A stretch of DNA of 64,000 nucleotides from assembly GCF_006345805.1 (NCBI RefSeq), contig NC_042999.1, positions 68,758,001-68,822,000 of the forward strand, given 5' to 3'. The notes beneath the pieces are model-generated. The model had not been told where the DNA came from. It did not search any database and was given only the letters and a program-made list of their open reading frames with translations. Shown in pieces: positions 48,075-61,659 of the stretch. This stretch comes from Octopus sinensis. Taxonomy: Eukaryota. The stretch's first letter is position 1. Each line of letters starts with the position of its first letter. A program made the translations under genes and the position numbers.

Positions 48075-48667
48075 GGTGGTAGTGGCGTGATGGTTGAGGT
48101 AGTATTGTTTGGCGGTTTAAGGTTTTATTGGTGACGATGTTGGTGTGGCTGGTGTTGGTGGTGGAGGTGGCGCTGGCTGTAGTGTTGATGCTAGTGGTGG
48201 TGGCGGTGCTGTTGGTTATAGTGCTGGTGGTGGTGTTGTTGTTGTTGGTGTTGTTGGTGGTGGCCATAACGGTGGTGATACTGTTGTTGTTGTTGTGGTG
48301 GTGGTAATGGCGGTATTGTTTGTGTTGTTAGTGTTGCTGTTAGTGTCGGCGGAAGTAGTGGTGCACATAGTTTGCAGTGATAATGACTCTCGTTGGTAGT
48401 GGTAGTAGTAGTAGTAGTAGTAGTAGTAGATATAGTAGTGGTAGTAGATGTAGTAGTTGTAGTAGTAGTTGTAGAAGTAGTTTAGTAGTAGTTATAGTAG
48501 TAGTAGATGTAGTTGTAGTAGTAGTAGTAGTTGTAACAGTAGTGGCAGTAGTAATAGTTGTAGTAGTAGTAGTTGTTGTTGTTGTAGTAGTAGTTGTAGT
48601 AGTAGTTGTAGTAGTAGTTGTAGTTGTAGTAGTAGTTTTTGTTGTAGTACTTGTAGTAGTGGTCGTT

Positions 48668-48705
<38 letters not shown>

Positions 48706-48982
48706 GGTGGTGGTGACGGCGTTAGCAGTCGTAGGAATTATGGTGGTGGTGGTGGTGGTGGTGGTGGTGATGGTGGTAGTTTCTGTTGTAGTTCTTGTAG
48801 TAGTAGGTAGTGGTACGTATGACATTGGTTATGGTAGTGGGGTGTGGTTGGGGGGTTGATATTGATGTTGATCGATGATGGGTTATTGATAGTCACGGTA
48901 GAGATGATGACCTTCCAGCAAAGCGATTGGTGTCAGGTTGATGATGACGTTGCTGTTGGTGTTGGTAGTGGTAATAGTGGTT

Positions 48983-49022
<40 letters not shown>

Positions 49023-49072
49023 ATGTAGTGGGAATGGTTGTACTGTTGCTGTTATTGTTGCTGCTGTTGCTG

Positions 49073-49104
<32 letters not shown>

Positions 49105-49660
49105 GGTTGTGGTTGTGGTTATAGCAGCAGTGGTTGTAATTACGATACTGATACCGTTGCTGCTGGTGTCGGTTATGGTGATGTGGCAGAATGGTAATTA
49201 GAAGATATTAATTAAGCTGGTGGGGAAGTGGGTGATGGTTAAAATAGAGAAATTAGCGAAGATGGTGGTGATGGTTCGTGGTGATGATGATGCTGATGAT
49301 GATGACGATGGTAGCGGTTATCGTTATGGCGGTCGATGTAGGCGTGGCTGTGATGATGGTGGTGATTGTGGTAGCGGTGAGCGATGAAGTGGTAGAGATA
49401 GTGCTGGTGTTGGCGGTGGTAATGGTGGTGTTGGTGGTAATGGTGGAGATGGTAGTGATGGTTTGTTGATGTTGGTGTTGTTGTGTTTGTGGTGTGGTGG
49501 TAGTGGTAAGGGTGTTGTTGTTGTGGTGGTGGTAGTGGTGATGTTGCTGTTGTTGCTGTGATGGTAGTGGGGATGCTGGTGTTGATGTTGTTGCTGTGGT
49601 TGGTAGTGGTGTTGTTGTTGTGGTGTTGGTGCAGATGTTATTGTTGCGGTGGTGGTGGTA
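48040..49660. repeat. Mosaic (GTA/GTG/GTT/GAT/GCT)n trinucleotide tract, about 1.6 kb
   Basis: Read directly; source of the poly-V, poly-T and poly-S ORFs. Confidence 0.9.
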
Positions 49661-49786
49661 GTGTGAGGGTGAACAGATCGCCGTCTCAAAGCGAGGAAAA
49701 TATTTTGGCAAATTAAATTTTAATGTTGAAGTGAATCGAAAGGCTTTTGTGTGTTTTGAAATGGCTTATAAACACTTTCCACGCTA

Positions 49787-49858
<72 letters not shown>

Positions 49859-49871
49859 GTATGTATATGCA

Positions 49872-50000
49872 CGAGGGGCCGTTGAAAAGTTCCTGAGTCT
49901 AAGAGTGTCGCCAAAGGTCTGGCTGAAACCTAAATTACCGAGTTCTTTTACAGGGCTTAGAGAAAAGCTGAAGGACCGCTGCAATAAGTGAGTGATTAGA
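49872..50000. mobile_element. Partial mariner-derived MITE
   Basis: TIR CGAGGGGCCGTTGAAAAGTTCCTG; internal AAGCTGAAGGACCGCTGCAATAAGTG. Confidence 0.7.
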
Positions 50001-50138
50001 GATTAGAGGATTAATCTGCTCCTATTTCAAGTAGATTTTCAGATCACATAACAAGCTGAAATGACAAGTTAGGTTCTTGTAGACGAGGGTTATATTAATG
50101 GTGTTGGTAGTGGTATTTTTTAATGTTGGCAATGTGTA

Positions 50139-50351
50139 CGAGAGGGTGGTGAAAAGTTCCTGGCTTGGAGTAAAAGAAAACAAAGGAAGATCAGTTAATT
50201 ATTTTATTCAACATATTCCCTTCTGAGATGCACACACTTATTGCAGCAGTCCTTCAGTTTTTCTAAGTCATGTAAAAGAACAGGGAATGTTGAGGCTCCA
50301 GCCAAGCCTTTCGCGATATTCTTAAGCCAAGAACTTTTCAGTACACCCTCA
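50139..50351. mobile_element. Mariner-derived MITE, about 210 bp
   Basis: TA|CGAGAGGGTGGTGAAAAGTTCCTGG ... CCAAGAACTTTTCAGTACACCCTC. The minus strand encodes a transposase C-terminus, LEKLKDCCNKCVHLRREYVE*. Confidence 0.8.
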
Positions 50352-50873
50352 ATATATATACATACATGCATACATACAAACACACATACACACGCGCACA
50401 TGGATCAAAAGAGTTTGGTTCAAATTCGTTGGTACTCCAAGAGTTTCAAGCCTGATGCTAATCTTCAGCAATTTTGGAAGATTAGCCTCACGCTTGAAAC
50501 CTTAGGAGTACTAACAAATTCGAATCCATACATGTGACTCCCAATGTGTTGAGTGCTCTTGTTTCGTTTGTGCACTCGTATATATATATAATTATTGTTT
50601 GAGGGAATATAAATCCAAACTTACAGGGAAAAAAAATTCAATTTGGAAATACTAAATCAAATTTCACACAATATAATATATATATTAAAAAATTTGTAAA
50701 AAAACCACCTTTTATCAATTCAAAATGAACAATTAAATTATACCATCTAGAAAATTACATATAATAGAAATATTAAAATTAAATTAACAAAAATAGTGTC
50801 AATGGATATATATATTGCAAAAAAAAAAATAAAAACGTATATAATTGGTAGAATAACGACATATATATGCATA

Positions 50874-51090
50874 CGGGGGTGTGCTGAAAAGTTTCCTTCT
50901 TTAGGTAAAAGAAAACACAGGAAGATCAGTTAATAATGATTTCATTCCTCATATTCTCCTCTCAGATTCACACACATATTGCAGCGGTCCTTCAATTTTT
51001 TCTGAGCCTTGTAAAAGAACTCGGACGGTTGGACCTCCTGCCTGGCCTTTCGAGATGCCTTTAAACCCAGGAACTTTTAGCACCACCTCA
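50874..51090. mobile_element. Mariner-derived MITE, about 215 bp
   Basis: TA|CGGGGGTGTGCTGAAAAGTT ... CCAGGAACTTTTAGCACCACCTCA|TA; same internal sequence as 50139-50351. Confidence 0.8.
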
Positions 51091-51436
51091 TATAGTGTTG
51101 TTGTTGTGCTGATAGTATTGCTGGGTATGTCACGGTGGTGGTACTGAATCTTAGCGGTGGCACTCGGTTCGTAGAGGTTTTATGACTGCAAGAAACGGAT
51201 GAAGATTGCGGCAGCCATGTTGGATACACATTTATCGATGTTCTTGCTATTGCTGTTGTTTCTGTTGTTGTTATTGTGGGGATTATGCTGATGGTTGACA
51301 GTATGAAGACTATAAAACTGAGTGTGTGTGCGGGGGAGAATGTGAAAGGGGAAGTAAGTTAGGAATTGCTACATGAAATGCCACACAACAGCAATAGCTT
51401 TCTGTCTCTTTCTCTTCCTCTCCCCCTCTCTCTGTC

Positions 51437-51481
<45 letters not shown>

Positions 51482-51524
51482 TTCGCTTTCTCCTCGGTCA
51501 AACTATAACATTAAAAACTAACAA

Positions 51525-51677
51525 CAACAACAACAACAACAATAATAACCAATAACAATAGCGACAATAACAACAACAACAACAATAATAATAATAATAA
51601 TAATAACAGCAATAATAATAATTGCAACAAAAACAACAATAATAACAACAACAACAATAATAATAATGACAATAACA

Positions 51678-51708
<31 letters not shown>

Positions 51709-51735
51709 CAATAATAATAATGATGACAATAATAG

Positions 51736-51782
<47 letters not shown>

Positions 51783-51886
51783 TCGACGACAACGACGACG
51801 ATGATGATGATGATGAAGATGATAATGATGATGATGATGAAGATGATAATGATGATGATGACGATGACGATGATGATGATGATGAC

Positions 51887-51933
<47 letters not shown>

Positions 51934-52253
51934 CGACGATGACGATGATGATGATGATGATGATGATGATGACGACGATGGTGATGGCAACGATAGCAAT
52001 AACAATAATGCCAACAGCCACACCAAGAGATGCTCCGAAAACGGCGTTAACGACATCGAAAACGATTTTGATGAGGACAACAATAACAGTAAAAAAAAAA
52101 AACAATAACAAAATAGAACAATAAATACGGCAATCATAACAGTATCAATAACGGCGCGAATAACAACAGCAACAACAGCTATATGAAGAACAACGGCAAC
52201 GATTTTGAAAGCAACACCCACAACACCTGACAACAACAACAACGACAATAATG

Positions 52254-52318
<65 letters not shown>

Positions 52319-52435
52319 GATAATGATAATAATAATATAATAATAATAATAATAATAATAGTAATAATAATGATAATAATAATAATAATAAGACGAAGAA
52401 GAACAATAATAATAATAATAATGATAATAATAATA

Positions 52436-52477
<42 letters not shown>

Positions 52478-52500
52478 GCAACAATAACAACAACAATAGC
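51525..52500. repeat. (AAT)n/(GAT)n/(AAC)n compound microsatellite
   Basis: Read directly. Confidence 0.9.
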
Positions 52501-52783
52501 TATAAATACTGAAGCAAAATTGCTAAAAGGAAGATAAATACATAAAATAACAAACACAAAAAAACAATATGGTATAAAAATAATATAATTATATTAAAAA
52601 AATTATAACAATTGCCTTCTCTTAGAACGCCGCTATCGTCGTCACGTCACCACCACCACCACCACCATCGTGGTCGTTGTCATCATCATCATCAATAAAA
52701 CAACATGAAAAACAACAACAAATTCAACAATAGCAAGCAAACGGCAAACTATGATAAACAACAGCAATAGCAACAACAGAAGC

Positions 52784-52836
<53 letters not shown>

Positions 52837-53419
52837 TAATAATCGCACTAGAGAAATAGCACAACGCCATTTCTGGGATGGCACCAACTGCGCATGCTCA
52901 TGCAAAATTCTCGTGATAAAAGCTAACCGGATATTTCTCATCCGGTTTGCTTGATAAATGTCTCTTTTGTCTGACCGGAAGTGACGAGGTTTACCAAAAA
53001 GACACAAGAATTACGAAGACAGAGCCGGGCCATTTGACAGGATATTAAAATGGAAACAAACGGTGTTAGAGATGGGCTGATGCCGAAGAAGAAGAAGGAG
53101 GAGGACGAGGAGGAGGAGAAGGAGAAGAAGAAGAAGAAGAAGAAGAAGAAGAAGAAGAAAAAAAGAAGAAGAGGAAGGAGAAGAGGAGGTGGGTTGGGGG
53201 AAAACAAGGAGTGCCAGAGAAGAAGCGGGAGAGAGAAAGAGAGAGAGTAAGAGACAGAGAGAGAAAAGGGTGTGAGTGGGTGGGTGTATAAGAGAGATGG
53301 ATGTAGTAAATGTTGGGGGGGAGGGATAGGAAGAGACGGGGGTGGGGTAGAAGGGAGGATATATTCTCCATCAACCAAAAAGTGCAGTCGTTAGCTAACG
53401 TATTCTGGTTTTCCAACGG

Positions 53420-53544
53420 CACCACTGCCACCACCACCACCATCATCGTCATCCTCCTCCTCCTCCTCCTCCTCTCATCATCATCATCATCATTAATTTA
53501 TTATCAACATCATCATCAGCCTCATTCTAATCATCATCATTATT

Positions 53545-53577
<33 letters not shown>

Positions 53578-53675
53578 GTCGTTGTCGTCGTCATCATCAT
53601 CATCATCGTCGTCGTCGTCATCCTCCTCCTCATCGTCTTCGTCGCCGTCATCATCGTCGTCGTCGTCGTCATCAT

Positions 53676-53720
<45 letters not shown>

Positions 53721-54030
53721 CGTTAATACTGTCATCATCATCAACGCAAGCATCACCACCACCGTAGTCATAAACAATGCAATCACCACCACCACCACCA
53801 CCACCATCACCACCACCACTAACACCACCACCATCACCACCGCTACCGCCACCACCATCACCACCTCCACCATCACCACTACCACCACTCACCATCACCA
53901 AAACAACAACGCGTCTTCATATGATCTCCAACAAAATCGCCACCATGCCTCCGCCACCACTCCTACGGACTTTGCTACCAAATCCACTGCCGTCACCACC
54001 ACCACCACCACCATACCAGCATCAACGACC
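53420..54030. repeat. (CAT/CGT/CAG/CAC)n mosaic trinucleotide tract
   Basis: Read directly. Confidence 0.9.
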
Positions 54031-54243
54031 ATTATCGGAAACCGCATTCGTAGTGAAGTGACGTAATACTAACAATCCCTAACAATACTAGACACTACGC
54101 TAGAGTCTCTAGGAGGTTCCTCGACATGCTAGAAATAGTAACCAAATCTTACTTCAATCACGTCCTAGCGCCTTAGAAAAGACGCTCGTGGCTGGAATAA
54201 CTGGGGATAAGTTTGTTCGATCAGAACTAACCTGGAGCTGAAC

Positions 54244-54640
54244 AACAACAACACTAACAACTCTGATTGTTGGCTTCAAATTTTGGCACTAGGCCGGCAA
54301 TTCCAAGGGAAGTTGCTAATCGATTCGATCGACCCCAGTATTCATCTAGTACTTATTTTATCGACCTTCGAAGGGAGAAAGGCAAAGTGGACCTCAACAA
54401 CAACAATAACAACTCTGATTGTTGGTTTCAAATTTTGGCACAAGGCCAGCAATTCCAAGGGAAGTTGCTAATCGATTCGATCGACCCCAGTATTCATCTG
54501 GTACTTATTTTATCGACCCTCGAAGGGAGAAAGGCAAAGTGGACCTCAGCGGAAATTGAAACCAGAACCTAAAGACGTGCAAAATGACGCTAAGCAATTT
54601 ACCCGGCGTACAACCAATTCTGCCAGCTCGCCGCCTTAAC
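54244..54640 (-). mobile_element. Family-B SINE (tail-iii) with a local tandem duplication of about 152 bp
   Basis: AACAACTCTGATTGTTGG...GCAAAGTGGACCTC occurs at about 54244-54395 and 54396-54547; the head ends at about 54638. Confidence 0.85.
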
Positions 54641-54757
54641 AGCAACTCTGATATTCAGAACAGAACCACCAACGACAGTACCAACATCAACATGAACACC
54701 TACGCGTATGACTTCTAGAGCAACTGGGCAAGCTTTTAGTTATTGAAGATTGACAGG

Positions 54758-55065
54758 TACATACATACATACATACATACATACATACATACATACATAC
54801 ATACATACATACACATACATACATACATGCATACATGCATACATACATACATACATACACACACACACATACATACATACATAATACATACATACATACA
54901 TACATACATACACACACATACATGCATACATGCATACATGCATACATGCATACATACATACATACATACATACATACATAGATACATACATACATACATA
55001 CATACATACATACATACAACATACATACATACATGCATACATACATACATACATACATACATACA

Positions 55066-55095
<30 letters not shown>
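54758..55095. repeat. (TACA)n microsatellite
   Basis: Read directly. Confidence 0.95.
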
Positions 55096-55097
<2 letters not shown>

Positions 55098-56322
55098 CAC
55101 GGGTTGGACAAAATAATGGAAACACCTAGCATCATAATTTTGAAATATCTATAAAACCGTCAAAAGCTTGTTTATTTTTATGGGTTTTTTTTTAAAATTT
55201 ATTATTAGTGTTGCTTAATATGTTTTGCTAAAATTACTGTTTCTTTTCAGATAACGGTAATTACAATTCATTGAAATGACAGATCAATCGGACTTGCAAA
55301 GAGGTCAAATTGTTGGTGCCCATATGGCGGGCGTAAGCGTTACGAAAACGGCCGAAATATTTGGTGTATCAAGAAGTACTGCCTCAAAAGTAATGACAGC
55401 CTTTGAGAAAGAGGGAAAACATCCTCATTGAAGAAACTCCAGAAGAAAACCAAAACTTTCAGATAGGGACCGTCGGACTCTCACGCGAATTGTTAGAAAG
55501 GATCGCAAAAGTGCATCTCCTAAAATTACTGCAGAGCTTAAAGACCACCTCGAGAACTCAGTTTCCACAAAAATTGTTCTCCGGGAACTGCACAAAGCCG
55601 GATTTCACGGGAGGGCTGCAATCAGAAAACCACTACTTTCAAGAACAAACGTTGCAAAGAGTTTAGAGCGGAGTAAAAACTACAGGATTGATCCCTGGAG
55701 CAGTGGAAAAGTGCTATTTTCTCGGACGAGTCATCCCTTACATTATTTCCGACCACCGGCCGAGTATATATGTGGAGACAGCCAAAAGAAGCATTTGACT
55801 TAGACTGTCTTCTTCCAACTGTTAAACATGGAGGCGGATCTGTGATGATCTGGTCAGCTATATCTTGAAAATCTGCCGGCCCAATGTTTTTCCTTCATGG
55901 CAGAATTAATAGTCAAGACTATTTAAACATTTTATCTGATCAAATTTATCCTGTGGTTGCGGAACTGTTTCCGGAGGGAAACACAATTTTCAGGATGATA
56001 ATGCACCAATTCACACAGCTAAAGCTGTTCTAAATGGCACGAGGAACATTCTAGTGAAGTTAAACATCTTATCTGGCAACCACAGTCCCCAGATCTCAAT
56101 ATTATTAGACATTTATGGTGCATTTTAGAAAAACAATTCAGGAGTCGATTTCCTCCACAATCATCACTACAAGGAGTGGAGACTGTTTTAGCTGAAGAAT
56201 GGACCAAAGTTCCTTTGGAAACAGTTCGAACTTTGTATCTGTCTATACCTTGTAGAATTCAAGCTGTAATTACTGCCAAAGGTAGTTCTATACAATATTA
56301 AAATAAATTTGAAATTATTTTG

Positions 56323-56323
<1 letters not shown>
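55098..56323 (+). mobile_element. Tc1-family (TCB1-like) transposon, decayed; left TIR present, right TIR largely lost
   Basis: TA|CACGGGTTGGACAAAATAATGGAAACACCT. Coding from 55276: MTDQSDLQRGQIVGA..GVSVTKTAEIFGVSRST...GFHGRAAIRKPLL...FSDES...PTVKHGGGSVMIW...QDDNAPIH...WQPQSPDLNII...RIQAVITAKG. Multiple frameshifts. Confidence 0.92.
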
Positions 56324-56357
<34 letters not shown>

Positions 56358-56639
56358 ACGTGTGTGTGTGTCTGTATACTCACATATATATATGTAAATA
56401 TGCGTGTATATATACTATTTGACTTTTTTTGTAGCCTATAGGCGAAGTTGCTTCTGTGCCCTTAATTATAATTATATTCTATACAATTATATATCTATAT
56501 ACGGATTTTACGTAAACGGTATTTTTATATGCTGACCACGGAGAACATTAATGAATTTTTAATGATTTTTATCGTTTATGCTTACATATATATATACATA
56601 AAACAAAGTGAAGTTGTAAGGTAGCGCACGGGTGGAATT

Positions 56640-56733
56640 ATATATGAAAGAAGGTTTGAAAATGCAATTTTAAAAGATGTTTATAAGTGAATAAACATTT
56701 TTTTAAATTGCATTTTCAACCTTCTATCATATA
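56640..56733. repeat. Foldback inverted repeat (arms of about 45 bp, 6-nt loop), MITE-like
   Basis: TATATGAAAGAAGGTTTGAAAATGCAATTTTAAAAGATGTTTAT-AAGTGA-ATAAACATTTTTTTAAATTGCATTTTCAACCTTCTATCATATA. Confidence 0.85.
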
Positions 56734-56735
56734 TA

Positions 56736-56814
<79 letters not shown>

Positions 56815-57065
56815 AGAGAGAGAGGAGAGAGAGAGAGAAATAACGGCTAGAAATAACAGCAACTGCCGCGCTAGCGATATACGTAGAAATACCGAGCCAA
56901 AACTAGTTACCGTCTGATATCGATATAAATACGAGTGCTCGTACGCACCATGCGTCCCTATCAAATGACACAGTGAAGATAGCCTAATATATATGTGTGT
57001 ATCCGTGTGTGCGTGCGTGTACACACACACACACACACACACACACCACACACACACACACATAT

Positions 57066-57145
<80 letters not shown>

Positions 57146-57148
<3 letters not shown>

Positions 57149-57213
57149 TGATTAAGTTTGGTGCAATGGCCATACTCGATAACGAGAGGGCAGCCACCAT
57201 GTAGGTAGGTAGG
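57146..57213 (+). mobile_element. Retroelement 3'-end motif with a tetranucleotide tail; second copy at 22338-22415 (-)
   Basis: CATTGATTAAG..GTGCAATGGCCATACTCGATAACGAGAGGGCAGCCACCATG followed by (TAGG)n. The copy at 22.4 kb is followed by (TATG)n. Confidence 0.6.
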
Positions 57214-59559
57214 TAGATAAGCAGGCAGATAAATAGAAGGACAGACAGAAAGACAGACAGATAAACAGATATTAGACAAACAAATAAATAAATAGTTAGG
57301 TAGATAGATAGATAGAATCATACATGCATACATACATACATGCATGCATACATACATACATACATACATACATACATACATACATACATACATACATACA
57401 TACATACATACATACATTCATACATGCATACCTACATACATACATAAGATAGGTAGATAGATAGCCAGGTAGGCCGACGGACAGGTAAGCAGATAGATAG
57501 ATAAATCGATAGATAGATATAAAGAATGATATAAAGATAGATAGATAGACAGAATGAGGGAGAGATAGAAAGAAAGAAAGAGAGGGAGAATCAGAACATA
57601 CGGAATAAATATTAAATGAGCGAATGTTTGTATGTGTACGTATGTGTATGTATATGTGTACATATACAACGTGGACAACGTGAACAACTCAAGGAGAAAA
57701 AACCAGAACACGTGGTAGAGGGAAGGTGCGGGACAAGATCGCGAAAGCAAAAAAAGAAAATGGGATGAATATTAAAAACAACAACAACAACAACAAAAGT
57801 TAGAGGAAGGAAGAAAGAAAGAGAAGAAGAAAAGAAGTAGAATGAGTCTATGGTTTCCAAAATATGTGAAAGGAATGGAATGGAATGGACATTAATAAAA
57901 CGATGGAGAGGAAGGGAAATTTCGAGAAAAAAAGAAGAATAACGCAGAAGATTACATTTTCACCTTTGTTTTTCTTTCTTTCGATTTTGTTTCTCCTAAC
58001 ATCTTTTTTTTTTTTGCACTTTATATTTTATCTTCTGATTGTTATTATTTTTATAGTAATTTGATTGTTTATTTATTTGTTTGTTTGTTTGGTGTTTTGT
58101 TTGTTTGTTTGTTTGGTTGGTTTGTTGGTTGTTTTTTTTTTGTGTGTGTGTGTGCCGTAAATGAAGACGTGTTAGAAAGAAATATGAAAGAAGTCTTGGC
58201 AAATTGTACAGTATAATGGCCTGAACAATGGAGTGTGGAAATAAAATACGGATATTTGATTGGCTTTTAAGTTAAAGAGAGATGGGATAAAGAACGAGAA
58301 GAACTGACAGAGAAAAAGAGAGATGGAGAGAAAGAAAAGGGAAAAGTGAAGGAAGAAATAAACAGAGGGAAGAAGAAGAAGGAAGAAATAGGAAGAAATG
58401 GGAAGATTGGGGTAGAGGTGACGTGTATGTTCGTGTTCACGGTGATGGTGGCTGTCATCGTTATAATGGTAGGTGTGATATTAATGTGTCGCCGCGGTCG
58501 AAATATTGATAGTTGGTGCGGTAGTGGTAGCGTGGTAGTGGTGCTATTTGTGATGATCAAGTTACTGGCTATAGTGTCGATGATGATGTTATTTAGCCCT
58601 AGGCAATATTTGACAAAGCACCACACTCATGGCCATCCCATCATGCTTCTTTGTTTTCAGCAATACTGTATCGTTAATTCTATCAGCTAAAGTTTCCTTT
58701 ACTGCGATGCAGAAGACTACGATTTGAGAAAGATTTGGCTACTATTTCTTGCATATTGATGAATTACGGAAAACTTACCTTGTGGGCATGTTGCTGTTGT
58801 TGTTTAGCCTCAAGCTAACTCTTATGAATAGACCAATGATTAAAGGCATTCCACCCATGATCATCCTACGCAATTCTTACATGAAAATAACCCATGACTA
58901 CATTCTGAAATGAGTAATTTTCTAAGACGATTGAATGTGATTTAATGTAGATTTGGCTGATATTTCTAGCGAGTCATAGTCGTTGTCGTTGTGACACAAC
59001 TGAGACGATAAATAGAAAGAACGATCGTGTTTTCTAATTCATATAAAGCGAAGAAAAATAACCAAATAACCCACTCGGGATCGAATACAAATGAGTCCTT
59101 AGATGGCCGTTTCTATAGCGATAGCAAGACAAGTATTTATCAAGTCATATTCTCCTCACCTTTAAAAACAAAATTTGAAGGATAGAAATGATTGGAAAAT
59201 TTTTGATTATCAGTCTAAGAAAAGGATTAGGTTTGTCCAGGGTTGAGCAACGTTAACTAAGGTAATCCTTCTCGCTCTGTCCCCCCTCTTTCTCCCAACT
59301 CACACACATATATACATAATGCTATTGTATAACAGTTGGGGAGATATACTAGTCTATAACTAAGTTTCACGTGTACATCTCTCTCTCTCTCTTGCTTTAT
59401 GTATGTATGTATGTATGTATCTATCTATCTCTTCCCCCCACTATCTCTCTCTCTCTCTCTCTCTCTCTTTCTATCTATCTATCTATATCTGTGTATGTTT
59501 GTCTATCTACCTAGTTACCTATCTGTCTTTCTATTTTTTTTTATACATGTAACCGTATG

Positions 59560-59632
59560 TGAATCGTTGGCGATTTTCTTGCTCCGTCCTCCCTTTTATT
59601 TGACTTTCCCTTGTTTCTGAAGAAGAGCGTGT
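59560..59632 (+). mobile_element. Truncated Penelope-like terminal segment (5' half of a hammerhead motif)
   Basis: CGTTGGCGATTTTCTTGCTCCGTCCTCCC...TGTTT-CTGAAGA-A-GAGC, then cut off by a TG repeat. Confidence 0.45.
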
Positions 59633-60200
59633 ATGTGCGTGTAGAAGGCGGGAGCATGAAGCATGATTTGGTTGCAAGAATTGTCTAGAACAAGGTTAAG
59701 GTAAAAAAAAAAAAAACATACAAAACAGAGTTTATTGCGACCAATGGGTGACGAAAATATTGGTGGAACTTAAAAACAAAAACATTAAAACACAACCGGT
59801 CAGATATTATGTGGGACTACAAGAAAAAAATGAGTCTCTGCTGTAGGAATCAACTTCCATCTGGATAGCTATGTCATTAAAAAAATGAAGAGAGTATCTA
59901 TAGACCATTTATAACGAATTTATAAATCCAGTCTCCAAGACGCACTTCTAACGTCGTACCTGTTATTACTATATAAAATAATAGTTAGGATACACACCAA
60001 CTCATTCAAAACACAGTATTCCTGAACTTAGGTTCTTGAGAAGAGAAGCAACTGCTTATCTTGTACACTACAAAATAATCACGATATCTGGGGAAGAGAA
60101 AATCTATGACATTCCTTAGTTTTAAAGGATAAGGAACAAAACGAGATGCTTTATCAACGAAATGGCCGATCAAAATTCTAAATCAAAAGAGCATATAAAG

Positions 60201-60231
<31 letters not shown>

Positions 60232-60296
60232 TGTATGTATGTATGTATGTATGTATGTATGTATGTATGTATGTATATGTATGTATGTATGTGTGT

Positions 60297-60386
<90 letters not shown>

Positions 60387-60394
60387 CTAATGGT

Positions 60395-60570
60395 TTGAAT
60401 CTGAGATTGAAATACTCCGTTGATTCGACCCCGATATTTTACTGGCAATTCTCTGACAGACCCCGGAAAGTTTACAAGATTATTCCGGTGAACTTTGAAC
60501 TCAGAACATAACAGGATGTAACTAAAAACCGCAAGTAATACACGTCTGACGTTCTACCGATATCGTCTGC
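60395..60570 (-). mobile_element. Decayed family-B SINE
   Basis: GATTCGACCCC...TTACTGG...GACCCCGGAAAG...CTTTGAACTCAGAACAT...CTGACGTTCTACCGAT. Confidence 0.6.
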
Positions 60571-61086
60571 CATCTACCGATATCGGCTGCAAATGGTGAT
60601 ATTTTACGTCTTCATTTTCTTGTTTCTTTTCCTGTATCGTTCTCATTTTCCCCCATTTTTCCAACATATCCAACCACTAAACAATTACGTTCCATTGTTT
60701 GTTTTTGTCCCATTCTCGCCTGTGTTTGCTTGATTAATTGCTTGGTTGAGTATCCACTCTTGTAGATCAGAAACTAGTGAAGCTACAAAATTCAAATTTT
60801 TATATCAATGGTCATTACAGGAAAAATAAAAACGTTTCTTAAATTTCTTCACACACACAAATACAGACAGACACACATACACGTGCATACATACGTACAT
60901 ACATGGATAAATACATCTACATATGTACACATATAAATATATAACATACACACCTACGCATATACACACACATTTATATATATATGTGTGTGTGTATATT
61001 TATGTATACATATATGCATGTATATATGTATATGTAAACGTATATATATATATGTATGTATGTGTGTGTGTGTTTATGTGTTTATG

Positions 61087-61117
<31 letters not shown>

Positions 61118-61122
61118 GTATA

Positions 61123-61257
<135 letters not shown>

Positions 61258-61659
61258 ATATATAATATATATATATATAAATTTCAGAAATTTTATTCAT
61301 TTAATAAATTCTTTGAATATATTTTTGTATAATTTATTCCTTATATCGTTTTGTAGGAAAGAAAAGGAAAACCACCATGACATTTTATTTCTTTTTGAGG
61401 GCCTCTAACCCCTGAGATTGATATAAAGAAGTGAGGAGGTTAACCTCAAACTGGAGACGTGACCGTGAATGCTTGCAGCAATGGAAACGCCGCTAAAAAC
61501 AACCAAGATTCCGGATGATGGCTTGAAATATAGCAAAGGATTATGGTCTACCACTCAAGAAGTGCAAATGTAAAGAGCAAGAACGAATAGCATAAACCAT
61601 ATCTACCACAATATAACAGTTATGTTACCCCCTCCCAACTAGTCATATTCTATATATTC

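Noticed and set aside
48040-49711. Mucin-like Thr/Ser-rich or poly-Val membrane protein ORFs
   Set aside because: These are pure trinucleotide mosaics open on both strands, with no unique domain or splice context.
51511-54061. Long poly-I/L/S/M/D/H ORFs (up to 348 aa)
   Set aside because: Translations of (AAT)n, (GAT)n and (CAT)n tracts.
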